A stretch of DNA of 64,000 bases from Acidimicrobiales bacterium (GCA_037969565.1 JBBKXQ010000015.1:40088-104087), one strand, 5' to 3'; shown: positions 28,364 to 38,338, counted from the first letter of the stretch. The notes: generated from the letters alone by a model not told the origin. Numbers and translations: made by a program.

Positions 28364-29466
28364 TGAACACCTTGAAGAGACCACCCATTCGAGTACTCGA
28401 CCTCCACGGCTCACCGGAAGCCATCGGGGTCACCCACGGCCGTCACTACGCCGACGAGATTCGTCATTACACCGAAGAACGAATCGCACTCGTCTGCGAA
28501 GGGGCCTGGAGCGGTGGGCCGATCACCCGTGACGAGGTCCTCGAGATCGCCGAGTCCTGTGTTCCGTTCCATGCCGCACATTCGGCATCGTTGTTCGCCG
28601 AACTCTCTGGCATCGCCACCGGTGCCGGGCTGACGCCGGCCGAGGCCATCATCGTCGGCGGGTTCACCGACTTCGTCGACACCGTGCGGTCGATCAAAGG
28701 TGGAGCCCACCCTCCGACGGTCATGGAAGACGATTGCACATCGGTGATCGTTCCCGATCATCGGGCCGATGGTGCCGGATTCTTCGCCCAGACCTGGGAC
28801 ATGCACGACACCGCAACCGAGCACGTTCTCCTCCTACGCGTCAGAGCCGACGACGCCCCGGCCGCCCTCGTCTTCACCACCACGGGCTGTCTCGGCCAAC
28901 TCGGCATGAACGAGCTCGGCGTGTGCGTTGGCATCAACAACCTCACGGCGGCCGACGGCCGAGTCGGTGTCACGTGGCCCTCGGTCGTCCGGGAGGCCCT
29001 CGCCAAGGAAACCGCGGCCGGCGCCCTCGCCGCCATTCAAGACGCCGAACTCGCAGGCGGCCACAATTTCCTGATCTTCGATGCTGCTGGAGACGGCTAC
29101 AACATCGAAGCGATGCCGTCGACTCGTCCGGTCGACACGCTCGAGGATCGGGCGGTCGTGCACACGAATCACACGATCCATGAGAGCACCACCTCGGTTC
29201 AGGCTCCCCGAGCCGATCAGTTGCAGGACAGCTCACGACGCCGCCTCGCCACGGCCGACAGGTTGCTCGACCGAGGCGGCATCGGTGCCGAGGATCTGAT
29301 GGCCCTCACCCGAGAGCCCGATGCCATCTGCCAGGTGCCGGTCGAGCCTTATCGAGTCGAATCCAGCGGCGCCGCCGTGATGCGGCCGAAAACCCGTGAG
29401 TTCTGGGCGTGCTGGGGTCAGCCCGCACACAACGACTTTGTCCAAATCAGCTTTCAGGAGCCATGA
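28360..29466 (+). CDS. Peptidase C45 / acyl-CoA:6-aminopenicillanic-acid acyltransferase-like Ntn hydrolase
   Basis: GSPEAIGVTHG at the N-terminus. Self-processing nucleophile context EDDCTSVIV, then FAQTWDMHD, GMNELGVCVGINNL, GGHNFLIFD and YNIEAMPS. Confidence 0.8.
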   Translation: MMNTLKRPPIRVLDLHGSPEAIGVTHGRHYADEIRHYTEERIALVCEGAWSGGPITRDEVLEIAESCVPFHAAHSASLFAELSGIATGAGLTPAEAIIVGGFTDFVDTVRSIKGGAHPPTVMEDDCTSVIVPDHRADGAGFFAQTWDMHDTATEHVLLLRVRADDAPAALVFTTTGCLGQLGMNELGVCVGINNLTAADGRVGVTWPSVVREALAKETAAGALAAIQDAELAGGHNFLIFDAAGDGYNIEAMPSTRPVDTLEDRAVVHTNHTIHESTTSVQAPRADQLQDSSRRRLATADRLLDRGGIGAEDLMALTREPDAICQVPVEPYRVESSGAAVMRPKTREFWACWGQPAHNDFVQISFQEP

Positions 29467-29467
29467 G

Positions 29468-30145
29468 ATGTCCGAGTCCAAAACGGGTGAGACAACATCA
29501 CTACGCGAGTTGCGATACGAGAACATTCGGGCCGAATGGGCCGACGAAATGCAAGCGCTCGAGATCGCCACGTTCCCCACGATTGCGCGGCGGCATCTCT
29601 ACGCCCGCAACGAGCTCGTCTTTCTTGCCGAGAAGTTTCCTGACGGCGGCTTCGCCACCTTCGACGGCGACCGAATCATCGCCATGGGGCTCGGGTTACA
29701 GACCACCTTCGACTTCGACCATCCCGCTCATGCACTCGAGGGTCTCTACAGCAGTCACGATCCGGATGGCGATTGGTACTACGGCACCACCATTGCGGTG
29801 AACCCGAACTATCGCGGACGCGGCATCGGCCACAAGCTGTACGACCTTCGCAAAGAATGCACTCGCATCCACAACCTCCGAGGCATTGTGGCCGGCGGCG
29901 TGCTGCCCGGTTACCGCAACCACATCAACGACATGTCAGCGACCGAATACATCGATCGAGTACGAGCCGGCGAGCTGTACGACCCGACGCTCACATTCCA
30001 GCTCGAGAACGGCTTCGAGGCGGTCTGTGTTCTCGAGAACTACCTCGAGGATCCGTCCGTTGGCAACAATGCCGTGCTCATCGTCTGGCACAACCCTGAT
30101 TTCCAACCCGACCCGAACAAGGAACCACCTCTCGATGACGTGTGA
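29468..30145 (+). CDS. GNAT family N-acetyl/acyltransferase
   Basis: Starts 1 nt after the C45 stop. The acyl-CoA binding loop is VNPNYRGRGIGHKLY. Confidence 0.75.
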   Translation: MSESKTGETTSLRELRYENIRAEWADEMQALEIATFPTIARRHLYARNELVFLAEKFPDGGFATFDGDRIIAMGLGLQTTFDFDHPAHALEGLYSSHDPDGDWYYGTTIAVNPNYRGRGIGHKLYDLRKECTRIHNLRGIVAGGVLPGYRNHINDMSATEYIDRVRAGELYDPTLTFQLENGFEAVCVLENYLEDPSVGNNAVLIVWHNPDFQPDPNKEPPLDDV

Positions 30146-30151
30146 GCAGCT

Positions 30152-31249
30152 ATGAGTCAACAGATCACCTCCTGCTTCCCCGCGGGAACCGGCGCCGCCG
30201 TGGGTGTACGCGGTCTCACGAAGCGATTCGGTGACGTCGTCGCCGTTCGCTCGCTCGACCTCGACATCGCCGACGGCGAGTTCTTCGCTCTGCTCGGACC
30301 CTCGGGCTGCGGCAAGACCACCACATTGCGAATGATCGCCGGACTCGACTTCCCCACCGAGGGAAGCCTGAAGATCTTCGGCGACGAGGTCGGCACACTT
30401 CCCCCGAACAAGCGGCCCGTGAACACGGTGTTCCAGAACTATGCACTTTTTCCCCACATGTCGGTCCTCGACAACGTGGGGTTCGGGCTGAAGATGCAGA
30501 AGGTGTCGAAGGCCGAAATTCTGGGGCGCTCGAGCGAGGCACTGGCGATGGTCAAACTCGGCCATCTGTCCACCCGGCGCCCGTCGCAGCTCTCGGGCGG
30601 CCAGCAACAACGCGTCGCCCTCGCCCGTGCGCTGGTGAATCGGCCGAAGGTGCTACTGCTCGACGAACCGTTGGGTGCCCTCGACCTCAAGCTGCGCCAG
30701 GACATGCAGGCTGAGCTCAAAACGCTCCAACGCGAGCTCGGCATCACCTTCATCTTCGTCACCCATGATCAAGAAGAAGCATTGACGATGGCCGACCGCA
30801 TCGGAATCATGCATGACGGCGACCTCCTCCAGGTCGGTTCTCCCGAGGAGATCTATGAACGACCAACCAACCGTTTCGTCGCTGACTTCATCGGTCAGAC
30901 CAACCTGCTCGAAGGGACCGTCGAAGACGACAAGACCGTATGCCTCGCCAACGGAACCAGGGTTCCGATCCCCACCGATTATCCAGCAGGCACCGCAATC
31001 GCGGTGAGCCTGCGGCCGGAACGAGCGACGGTGCACGACCGGGGCGAGTCCCCTGCCGATCGCACGTCGGTCGACGGCAAGGTCAAGTCGGTCACGTATC
31101 TCGGCAACGCTGTGGTCTACCGAATCCAACTCGATTGGATGGTCATCGAGTCTCGGCAGGAGAACCGGCCGTCCATGAGGCGGTACAGCCCCGGCGACGA
31201 ACTCAGTGTCAGCTGGAACCCGAACGCCGTCGCCGTGGTGACCGAATGA
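30152..31249 (+). CDS. potA: Spermidine/putrescine-type ABC importer, ATPase
   Basis: Walker A GPSGCGKTT, signature LSGGQQQRVALARAL, Walker B LLLDEPL, and a C-terminal TOBE-like domain. Confidence 0.85.
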   Translation: MSQQITSCFPAGTGAAVGVRGLTKRFGDVVAVRSLDLDIADGEFFALLGPSGCGKTTTLRMIAGLDFPTEGSLKIFGDEVGTLPPNKRPVNTVFQNYALFPHMSVLDNVGFGLKMQKVSKAEILGRSSEALAMVKLGHLSTRRPSQLSGGQQQRVALARALVNRPKVLLLDEPLGALDLKLRQDMQAELKTLQRELGITFIFVTHDQEEALTMADRIGIMHDGDLLQVGSPEEIYERPTNRFVADFIGQTNLLEGTVEDDKTVCLANGTRVPIPTDYPAGTAIAVSLRPERATVHDRGESPADRTSVDGKVKSVTYLGNAVVYRIQLDWMVIESRQENRPSMRRYSPGDELSVSWNPNAVAVVTE

Positions 31250-32160
31250 CGGCGAGCGTCGATTCACCAGTCGACATCACGCCCGGTATCGCGGAAGCCA
31301 CGCCCGAGTTCGAACGGGCCAACGCCAAGGTCCAGTCTCGGCGGGGCTTCTTGATGGCGCTGCCGGCCTATGCCTACTTGGTGTTGTTCTTCGCTCTGCC
31401 TTTCGTGATCGTCATCGTGTACTCGTTCGCGACGCGGACGAGCAGCGGGGGGACCGATCTCTCGGGCTGGAACTTCGACGCCTACCGCAAACTCGGTGAG
31501 CCCATCGTCCGTGACATCCTCGCTCGATCACTCATTCTGGCCGTGATCACGACGGCGATCTGCCTGGCCTTCGCCTACCCCTTCGCCTACTTCATCGCCA
31601 CCAGGACCGCCGCAGTTCGAAACATCATGTTGGTGTTCGTGATGATTCCGTTCTGGTCGAACTTCCTCGTGAGGAACTACGCCTGGCGGGTGCTCCTGGG
31701 TAACGACGGCCCCGTCTCACGACTGACTGAATCCGTCGGCCTCGGTGAGACCCGAATCCTCTTCACCCAAGTTGCCGTCGTGATCGGGCTCGTTTACGGG
31801 TTCCTCCCATTCATGATCTTGCCCCTCTACGCGGCCATCGAACGCATCGACCTCCGCCTGGTCGAAGCCAGCCGCGACCTCTATGGATCGGGATGGCAAT
31901 CGTTCCGGCAGGTGCTGCTACCGCTCTCGATGCCTGGTGTGGTGGCCGGATCGATTCTGGTGTTCGTTCCGAGCCTCGGCGCCTATGTCACCCCGCAAAT
32001 TCTGGGCGGAGCCAAGACGCCACTACTCGGCTCCTACATCGTCATCCAGTTCCTGACCGCTCGGAACTGGCCCGTAGGAGCATCGCTGTCCTTCGTGCTC
32101 ATGACGATCATGCTCGGCGCCACGCTCGTGTACTTCCGCAAGGGAGGGCAGACGCTGTGA
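31246..32160 (+). CDS. potB: Polyamine ABC importer permease
   Basis: ATGA overlap with potA. Six TMs. EAA loop EASRDLYGSGWQSFRQVLLPLSMPG. Confidence 0.8.
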   Translation: MTASVDSPVDITPGIAEATPEFERANAKVQSRRGFLMALPAYAYLVLFFALPFVIVIVYSFATRTSSGGTDLSGWNFDAYRKLGEPIVRDILARSLILAVITTAICLAFAYPFAYFIATRTAAVRNIMLVFVMIPFWSNFLVRNYAWRVLLGNDGPVSRLTESVGLGETRILFTQVAVVIGLVYGFLPFMILPLYAAIERIDLRLVEASRDLYGSGWQSFRQVLLPLSMPGVVAGSILVFVPSLGAYVTPQILGGAKTPLLGSYIVIQFLTARNWPVGASLSFVLMTIMLGATLVYFRKGGQTL

Positions 32161-33008
32161 GCTCCCCCGTCGTACCCCGAGGCGGCACGCGCGTCGGCCT
32201 CACCATCAATGCATGGCTCGTCTACATCTTCTTCTACGCGCCAATCCTGCTGCTCGTGGTCTTCTCCTTCAGCAACGACACCAACATCGGGCGCTGGGGC
32301 GGTTTCACGCTCGACTGGTACCGGGCGTTCGGGGAGAACGAAAACATCCAGGGCGCGCTCGGCGTATCGGTCCGAGTTGCCCTGGTCTCCACGCTCGTGT
32401 CGGTTGTCCTCGGAACGTTGGCCGCTCTTTCGCTCGAACGCTTCCGCTTCAAGGGCAGACAAATTTTCGACGCCCTCCTCTACCTGCCCATCATCATTCC
32501 TGACGTCACGATGGCCGTGATGATGTTGTTGTTCTTCACCCAGATGTTCAATGCGCTCGACGCCTGGTTCGGCCTCAACCTCTCCAAAGGGTTCGGCTCG
32601 ATCGTTCTGAGCCACATCGCTTTCAGCATCAGTTTCGTTTCGATCGTCGTGCGGGCCCGGTTGTCAGGCATGGACGAGACCCTCGAAGAAGCGTCGCTGG
32701 ATCTCTACGCCACCCGCTGGAAGTCGTTCCGGTACGTGACATTTCCACTGATCTTTCCTGGCATCGCAGGCGGTGCGCTCCTGGCGCTCACGCTCTCCCT
32801 CGACGACGTCGTGATCACCCAATTCGTGTCCGGGCCGGGATCGACCACCTTGCCCGTCTTCGTGTTCAGCCTGATCCGTAAAGGTGTCACGCCATTGATC
32901 AACGCCGTTTCGGTCGTAATGTTGGCGGCTTCCATCACACTGGTGGCGCTGTCCCTACTCGCAGAACGATCCAAAAAACCGCCGTCCACCGCCGCCCCCG
33001 GTGAGTGA
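32157..33008 (+). CDS. potC: Polyamine ABC importer permease
   Basis: GTGA overlap with potB. EAA loop EASLDLYATRWKSFRYVTFPLIFPG. Confidence 0.8.
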   Translation: MSSPVVPRGGTRVGLTINAWLVYIFFYAPILLLVVFSFSNDTNIGRWGGFTLDWYRAFGENENIQGALGVSVRVALVSTLVSVVLGTLAALSLERFRFKGRQIFDALLYLPIIIPDVTMAVMMLLFFTQMFNALDAWFGLNLSKGFGSIVLSHIAFSISFVSIVVRARLSGMDETLEEASLDLYATRWKSFRYVTFPLIFPGIAGGALLALTLSLDDVVITQFVSGPGSTTLPVFVFSLIRKGVTPLINAVSVVMLAASITLVALSLLAERSKKPPSTAAPGE

Positions 33009-33059
33009 CATGTCTCGAGCCCAGCTCGTGACTGAATCCCAACAACCAGGAGAGAACAA

Positions 33060-34190
33060 ATGAAGAATCCACCCTGGCTCCGGCTCATTGCCGGGCTTTT
33101 GGCCACTGCTCTGTTGGCTGCAGCCTGCGGAAGTAGTTCCGAAGGTGCCGCCGACGACGATTCATCGGATGGAAGCTCGACGACCTGCGAAGCAGGCGCG
33201 ACCGACGGCGATCTCGCCCTCTACAACTGGTCCGAATACCTCGATCCCGAACTCGTCACGAAGTTCGAGACCGACAACGGTGTCACCGTCACCGAGGACT
33301 TCTACGACTCCAATGAGGCCATGCAGCCGATCATTTCGGCCGGCAACTCGGGTTACGACGTCATCGTCCCCTCCGACTACATGGTGTCGATCCTCATCGA
33401 GAACGGCGACGTACAGCTCCTCCAGAAGGACGCAATACCGAATCTTGCGAATCTCTCCTCGGAGTTCGCCTCGGGCCTTCCCTACGATCCCAGTGGCGAC
33501 TACTCCGCTCCCTACCAGTGGGGAACCACCGGACTCGGCGTGGATCTCGCCGTAACGGGCCCGGACGTTCCCCACACGTGGGGCCTCGTGTTCGATCCAG
33601 CGCTCCGGGCGGAATACGGACTCGACGACAAGATCACCTTGTTGAACGATCCTCGAGAAACACTTGGCGCTGCGCTCAAGTACCTCGGTTACTCACTGAA
33701 CACCACGAGCGAAGACGAACTCAATGAGGCCAAGGCATTGGTGTCCGAAGCCACGGGCTCCCTCCTCGCTTTCGACTCCGATCAATACGACGAACTGCTC
33801 GGAACCGGCGACTCTTCCGTCGCCCACGGCTACAGCGGCAACTTCCTCGTGCAGTTCGATTCCGCTGACGACCCCGATCAATACACCTACTTCGTCCCGG
33901 ACGAAGGCGGGACCCGCTGGGTTGACAACATGGCCGTCGTCAAGGATGCACCGCACCCTTGTACCGCCCATGCCTTCATCAACTTCCTGCTCGATGCCGA
34001 GAACGGCGCTGCACTCACCAACTGGAATTACTACGCCAGTCCGAATGCGGCATCGGAGGAGTTCATCGATCCCGACGTCCTGTCTGATCCGATCGTCTAC
34101 CCCCAGGATCAGTCGAAGCTCGAATTCATCTCCGATACCGGCGATTTCGAGATCAACTATTCCGACGCGTTCATCGAAGCCCTGAACTAG
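33060..34190 (+). CDS. potD: PotD/PotF-like polyamine-binding lipoprotein
   Basis: Lipobox LLAAACGSS. LYNWSEYLDPELVTKFETDNGVTVTEDFYDSNEAM is the typical PotD N-lobe. Confidence 0.8.
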   Translation: MKNPPWLRLIAGLLATALLAAACGSSSEGAADDDSSDGSSTTCEAGATDGDLALYNWSEYLDPELVTKFETDNGVTVTEDFYDSNEAMQPIISAGNSGYDVIVPSDYMVSILIENGDVQLLQKDAIPNLANLSSEFASGLPYDPSGDYSAPYQWGTTGLGVDLAVTGPDVPHTWGLVFDPALRAEYGLDDKITLLNDPRETLGAALKYLGYSLNTTSEDELNEAKALVSEATGSLLAFDSDQYDELLGTGDSSVAHGYSGNFLVQFDSADDPDQYTYFVPDEGGTRWVDNMAVVKDAPHPCTAHAFINFLLDAENGAALTNWNYYASPNAASEEFIDPDVLSDPIVYPQDQSKLEFISDTGDFEINYSDAFIEALN

Positions 34191-34204
34191 ATCCCAACCG
34201 ACTT

Positions 34205-34246
34205 CCGCTGCGGTGCCGTGCGACTTTTCGCACCGCACCGCAGCGG
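34205..34246 (+). terminator. Strong hairpin with a T-rich tail between potD and the agmatinase-family gene
   Basis: ccgctgcggtgccgtgcga cttt tcgcaccgcaccgcagcgg, a 19-bp stem with 1 mismatch, followed by tcgtcgttttccc. Confidence 0.6.
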
Positions 34247-34269
34247 TCGTCGTTTTCCCTGGAGTCCCC

Positions 34270-35256
34270 ATGACCGATGTCGAACAGCCCAAGGGTGAAC
34301 AGCCGTTTCGGGCCGACGAACTCAACACCCACTGGCCCGAGATGACCTACGGCGGTGCCCTGTCATTCTTGCGACGGCGTTACACCCGTGACCTCACGGG
34401 AGCCGACGTCGTCGTCTCGGGTATCCCGTTCGACTCCGCAACAAGCAACCGGGCCGGAGCTCGTGGCGGTCCGAGGGCCATCCGAGCTGCCTCCACCGGC
34501 CTCGCCGAACTCGGATCGTTTCCGTTCGGGTTCAATCCGCTACGGACGCTCAACGTCGTCGACTATGGCGATTGCTTCCTCGATTTCGGTTACCCGCAGC
34601 ACGTGGTCGAAGCCGTTGAAGCCCACGCCGACGAAATCTTGGCGTCCGGGGCTTCCATGCTCACCTTCGGTGGCGATCACTTCGTGACCTATCCACTTTT
34701 GCGGGCCCACGCCAAGCTCCACGGTCCCTTGTCTCTCGTGCATTTCGATGCCCACAGCGACACCTGGCCCGACGACGGCGAACGCCTCGACCACGGGTCG
34801 ATGTTCTTGCGAGCGGCACGCGAGGGCCTCATCGACCCGTCGCGCTCCATTCAGGTCGGGATCCGCACCGACAACGAAAACACACACGGTTTCACGATCG
34901 TGAGCGCGCCCTGGATCCACACCCACGGCGTGGATGCCACGGCGGAGCACATTCGGCGAGTCGTCGGTGACCACAAGGCCTATTTGACGTTCGACATCGA
35001 CTGTCTCGATCCGGCGTTCGCTCCCGGAACGGGCACCCCCGTGGCCGGTGGTCTGTCGACGGCGCAAGCCGTTGGAATCATTCGCCAGTTGACCAACATC
35101 GATTTCATCGGCGCTGACGTGGTCGAGGTGGCACCCAGCTACGACCACGCCGAGATCACTGCCATCGCTGGTGCCACGGTGGCCTACGACTATCTGTGTC
35201 TGCTGGCGCTCCGCGCCGGCGGCCGCCCGACCGACATGGGCCCCGACTTCTTCTGA
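34270..35256 (+). CDS. Ureohydrolase of the agmatinase family (agmatinase, guanidinobutyrase or guanidinopropionase)
   Basis: Internal ATG with a GGAG RBS. Mn-binding motifs GGDHFVTYP, HFDAHSDTW, TFDIDCLDPAFAPGTGTP and VVEVAP. Confidence 0.85.
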   Translation: MTDVEQPKGEQPFRADELNTHWPEMTYGGALSFLRRRYTRDLTGADVVVSGIPFDSATSNRAGARGGPRAIRAASTGLAELGSFPFGFNPLRTLNVVDYGDCFLDFGYPQHVVEAVEAHADEILASGASMLTFGGDHFVTYPLLRAHAKLHGPLSLVHFDAHSDTWPDDGERLDHGSMFLRAAREGLIDPSRSIQVGIRTDNENTHGFTIVSAPWIHTHGVDATAEHIRRVVGDHKAYLTFDIDCLDPAFAPGTGTPVAGGLSTAQAVGIIRQLTNIDFIGADVVEVAPSYDHAEITAIAGATVAYDYLCLLALRAGGRPTDMGPDFF

Positions 35257-35270
35257 ACCACCACACCCTC

Positions 35271-35323
35271 CGATTTGGCACCGAGATCGCCCCGATTCTC
35301 GGGGCGATCTCGGTGCCAGATCG
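35271..35323. terminator. Very long bidirectional hairpin between convergent genes
   Basis: ggcaccgagatcgccccga ttc tcggggcgatctcggtgcc is a perfect 19-bp stem. It extends to 25 bp with 1 mismatch. Confidence 0.7.
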
Positions 35324-35330
35324 AGCGTGG

Positions 35331-36716
35331 TCAGCCGCGAACGTAGGCGGCGAGTTTGGCTGCGAACTTGGCTTCTTTCTGCCGTCGGTTCTCCAGCACG
35401 TCGGCCAACCCCAACAAGGCCCGGCTCCCCCGCACACCGATGAACCGGAACGGTTCCACTTCCCATTGTGGCCATTCGGCCCCGACCCAGGGAAGATCAA
35501 CTCGCTCGGACTCGGTTCCCGTGATCAGTTCGGCCAGAGTACGACCAGCAAGATTTGCTGCGGCCACACCTTCACCCACATAGCCGCCAGCAATCGCCAA
35601 GCCCGAAGAGCGATCGAAGCGCACTGCCGGTGTCCAGTTTCGCGGCACTCCCAAGACTCCACCCCAGCGGTGGGTGATCTTCGCCTCGGACAACACGGGA
35701 AAGAGTGCGACCAAACTCTGGCGAATCAGCTCGTGGTATTTGGGTTGGTTCTCCTTCGAACGGCTGATGCCCGAACCGAACGTGTAGGGCACCCCTCGAC
35801 CGCCGAATGCGATTCGGTTGTCTTCGGTGCGTTGACCGTAGATGACCATGTAGCGGTCGTCGGAAAAGGTCGGCCTCCCAGCGAGCCCGATCTCGTCGAA
35901 CACCGACTGGTCGAGTTGCTCGGTGGCAATCATGAGTGAGTACACGGGGATGAGCGTCCGGCGCTGGCCGGGAAGATCCCGGGTGTAACCCTCGGTTGCC
36001 TGAACAATCACCTCGGCCCGGATGGTGCCGTGCGTAGTCATCACCCGGTGAGGCTCGATGGCCGTCACCTCCGTACCTTCGGCCAACACGACACCGCGCC
36101 CTTCGATGACATCGGCCAACCCCCGAACCAATCGGCCCGGATCGAGGGCCGCCGACGGGGCGTGAAACACACCCGAGTGCACATCGGTTGCGTTGACGAG
36201 CGCCTTCGCCTCCTCGGCAGTGAGCAACCGGATCTCGTCCTCGGTGATGCCCAACGAATGGAGGTGGGCGATCTCGGCCCTCTGGCGAGTCGCTTGTGGT
36301 GCGTTGCGGGCCAACCGAACGGTTCCGCCCTTCTCGTAGCCGCAATCGATGTTCTCGGTCGCAACGACTCGACCGACTTCATCAACCGAATCGAAGCTCT
36401 CCCGCCACAACCGCAAGCCGGCCTCGAGTCCGTCTCGCTGTGCATACTTTTCGATCGATGCGGCCAACTCGCCCACACACCAACCGCCGTTTCGGCCCGA
36501 GGCTCCGAAGCCGCAGTATTCGCGTTCAACCACGACGATTCGTAACGAGGGATCGAGCAAGCTCAGGTAGTAGGCCGTCCACAGGCCGGTGAAGCCGCCG
36601 CCGACGATTGCGACATCGGCCTCATGATCACCGGGCAACCCCGGACGTTGCGCGATGGTGAGCGCATCGAGCCAGACCGATGTTCCTTGTTTCGTCGTTG
36701 CGTCAACCATCGTCAC
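35331..36716 (-). CDS. FAD-dependent oxidoreductase (DAO family amine oxidase/dehydrogenase-like)
   Basis: DVAIVGGGFTGLWTA...FGASGRNGGW...HRWGGVLG. Paralogous in layout to 26386..27807. Confidence 0.75.
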   Translation of the reverse strand: MTMVDATTKQGTSVWLDALTIAQRPGLPGDHEADVAIVGGGFTGLWTAYYLSLLDPSLRIVVVEREYCGFGASGRNGGWCVGELAASIEKYAQRDGLEAGLRLWRESFDSVDEVGRVVATENIDCGYEKGGTVRLARNAPQATRQRAEIAHLHSLGITEDEIRLLTAEEAKALVNATDVHSGVFHAPSAALDPGRLVRGLADVIEGRGVVLAEGTEVTAIEPHRVMTTHGTIRAEVIVQATEGYTRDLPGQRRTLIPVYSLMIATEQLDQSVFDEIGLAGRPTFSDDRYMVIYGQRTEDNRIAFGGRGVPYTFGSGISRSKENQPKYHELIRQSLVALFPVLSEAKITHRWGGVLGVPRNWTPAVRFDRSSGLAIAGGYVGEGVAAANLAGRTLAELITGTESERVDLPWVGAEWPQWEVEPFRFIGVRGSRALLGLADVLENRRQKEAKFAAKLAAYVRG

Positions 36717-37774
36717 AGCGCCTCCAAGAAGCGATCGTTTTCATCGCGCGTGCTGATTGTGACCCGGATCCCCTCACCGGCAAACGGCCGCGTGACAACA
36801 CCAGCCTTTTCGAGTTCGAGATAGACGTCGTCGGTGCGGGGTCCGAGTGGAAGCCACACGAAGTTTGCCTGCGCATCAGGAATCACATAGCCACGTTCGC
36901 GAAGCTCAGCGACGACGCGGGTCCGCTCGCTCTTGATCAATTCGACTCGTTCCATCACCTCGTCGTGAGCATCGATCGAGGCGATCGCTGCGGCCTGCGC
37001 CATGGCATTGACCGCGAACGGGAACAGAGTCTTGTCGAGCGTGTCGATCACCTCGGGGGCGGCAACGGCATAGCCCACTCGAAGCCCGGCGAGCCCCTGG
37101 GCTTTCGAGAACGTTCGGAGCACCACCAGATTCGGAAAGTCGGGAAGGAGTTCGGCCACAGGATCACCGATCGTGTCGTCGGTGAACTCCCGATATGCCT
37201 CGTCGATCGTCACCATCACATCTGCGGGGACCTTCTCGAGCAACGTTCGAAACGAGGCGACCGGCAGCGCCGTTCCGGTCGGGTTGTTCGGGTTCGCGAT
37301 GAGAATCAGCTTCGTCTTCCCCGTGACTGCTGCGGCCACAGCGTCGAGGTCGACCGTCTCGTCGACGAGGTCGACGGTTACGGCCGAACCAGCGACGAGT
37401 TGGGCATAGACCGGGTAGACCTCGAATGATCGCCATGGATAGATCACCTCGTCGCCCGGATCGATGTAGGTCAGCAACAACTGTTGAAGGAGACCCACCG
37501 AGCCGCAGCCGACGGTGACCTGGCTGGGGTCGACACCGACCCACTCGGCGAGGCGACCTCGCAACTCAGTGGCGCGGTGGTCGGCATACCGATTGATTCC
37601 CCCGATCATCTCGGCCAACGCTGCGGCCACACTGGCAACCGGACCCCACGGAGTCTCGTTCGACGCCAGCTTGATGGCGCCGGTGATTCCGTGCTCCTGC
37701 TCGGCTTGGGCCGCCGCCTTTCCAGGGCGATAGGCAGGCAGGGCTTCGACAGCGGGGCGGGGTTGACCAATCAC
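36713..37774 (-). CDS. Class-II PLP aminotransferase (histidinol-phosphate/aromatic aminotransferase family)
   Basis: KLASNETPWGP, NPNNPTG, and RTFSKAQGLAGLRVGY containing the PLP lysine. 4-nt overlap with the downstream oxidase gene. Confidence 0.8.
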   Translation of the reverse strand: MIGQPRPAVEALPAYRPGKAAAQAEQEHGITGAIKLASNETPWGPVASVAAALAEMIGGINRYADHRATELRGRLAEWVGVDPSQVTVGCGSVGLLQQLLLTYIDPGDEVIYPWRSFEVYPVYAQLVAGSAVTVDLVDETVDLDAVAAAVTGKTKLILIANPNNPTGTALPVASFRTLLEKVPADVMVTIDEAYREFTDDTIGDPVAELLPDFPNLVVLRTFSKAQGLAGLRVGYAVAAPEVIDTLDKTLFPFAVNAMAQAAAIASIDAHDEVMERVELIKSERTRVVAELRERGYVIPDAQANFVWLPLGPRTDDVYLELEKAGVVTRPFAGEGIRVTISTRDENDRFLEAL

Positions 37775-37831
37775 TTTCGAACCCTAGTGCAAGGCGGGAA
37801 CAGCGAACCCACTCGATTGGTTGTGAGAACC

Positions 37832-38338
37832 ATGCCTGTCACCCGCCTCAACCACGCCGTCCTCTATGTGCGAGATGCCGACTCCACTGCTCGATTCTTC
37901 GTCGACAATCTGGATTTCGAAATTGCGGCGAGAATGCAAATGGGACCGGGACGTTTCGGTGTGTTCGTCAAGGCAGGTGGGTCGCCGAACGACCACGACC
38001 TGGGGCTGTTCAGCGTCGGGGCTGATGCCCTCCCCTCGGCCGCCGGCCGGGGCACAGTTGGCATGTACCACCTTGCCTGGGAGGTCCCGACACTCGCTGA
38101 GCTGGCGGCCTACAAGGACCGCCTCTCGGCGATCGGCGCATTGGCGGGCATGAGCGACCACGGTGTGTCGAAGAGCCTCTACGTGCAGGATCCCGACGGA
38201 TTGGAATTCGAATTGCTCTGGGCGGTTCCTCCCGAACTTCTCGATGAGAGCGACAATCTGGCCGCTATCGCCCCTCTCGACCTCGACGCAGAGATCCGCC
38301 GTTTCGGAGCGGATACCCCCGGACGCAAGACCTTCTGA
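37832..38338 (+). CDS. VOC family protein (extradiol dioxygenase/glyoxalase fold)
   Basis: Internal ATG of track ORF 37484..38338. LNHAVLYVRDADSTARFF...HDLGLF...HLAWEV...SLYVQDPDGLEFEL. Confidence 0.75.
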   Translation: MPVTRLNHAVLYVRDADSTARFFVDNLDFEIAARMQMGPGRFGVFVKAGGSPNDHDLGLFSVGADALPSAAGRGTVGMYHLAWEVPTLAELAAYKDRLSAIGALAGMSDHGVSKSLYVQDPDGLEFELLWAVPPELLDESDNLAAIAPLDLDAEIRRFGADTPGRKTF

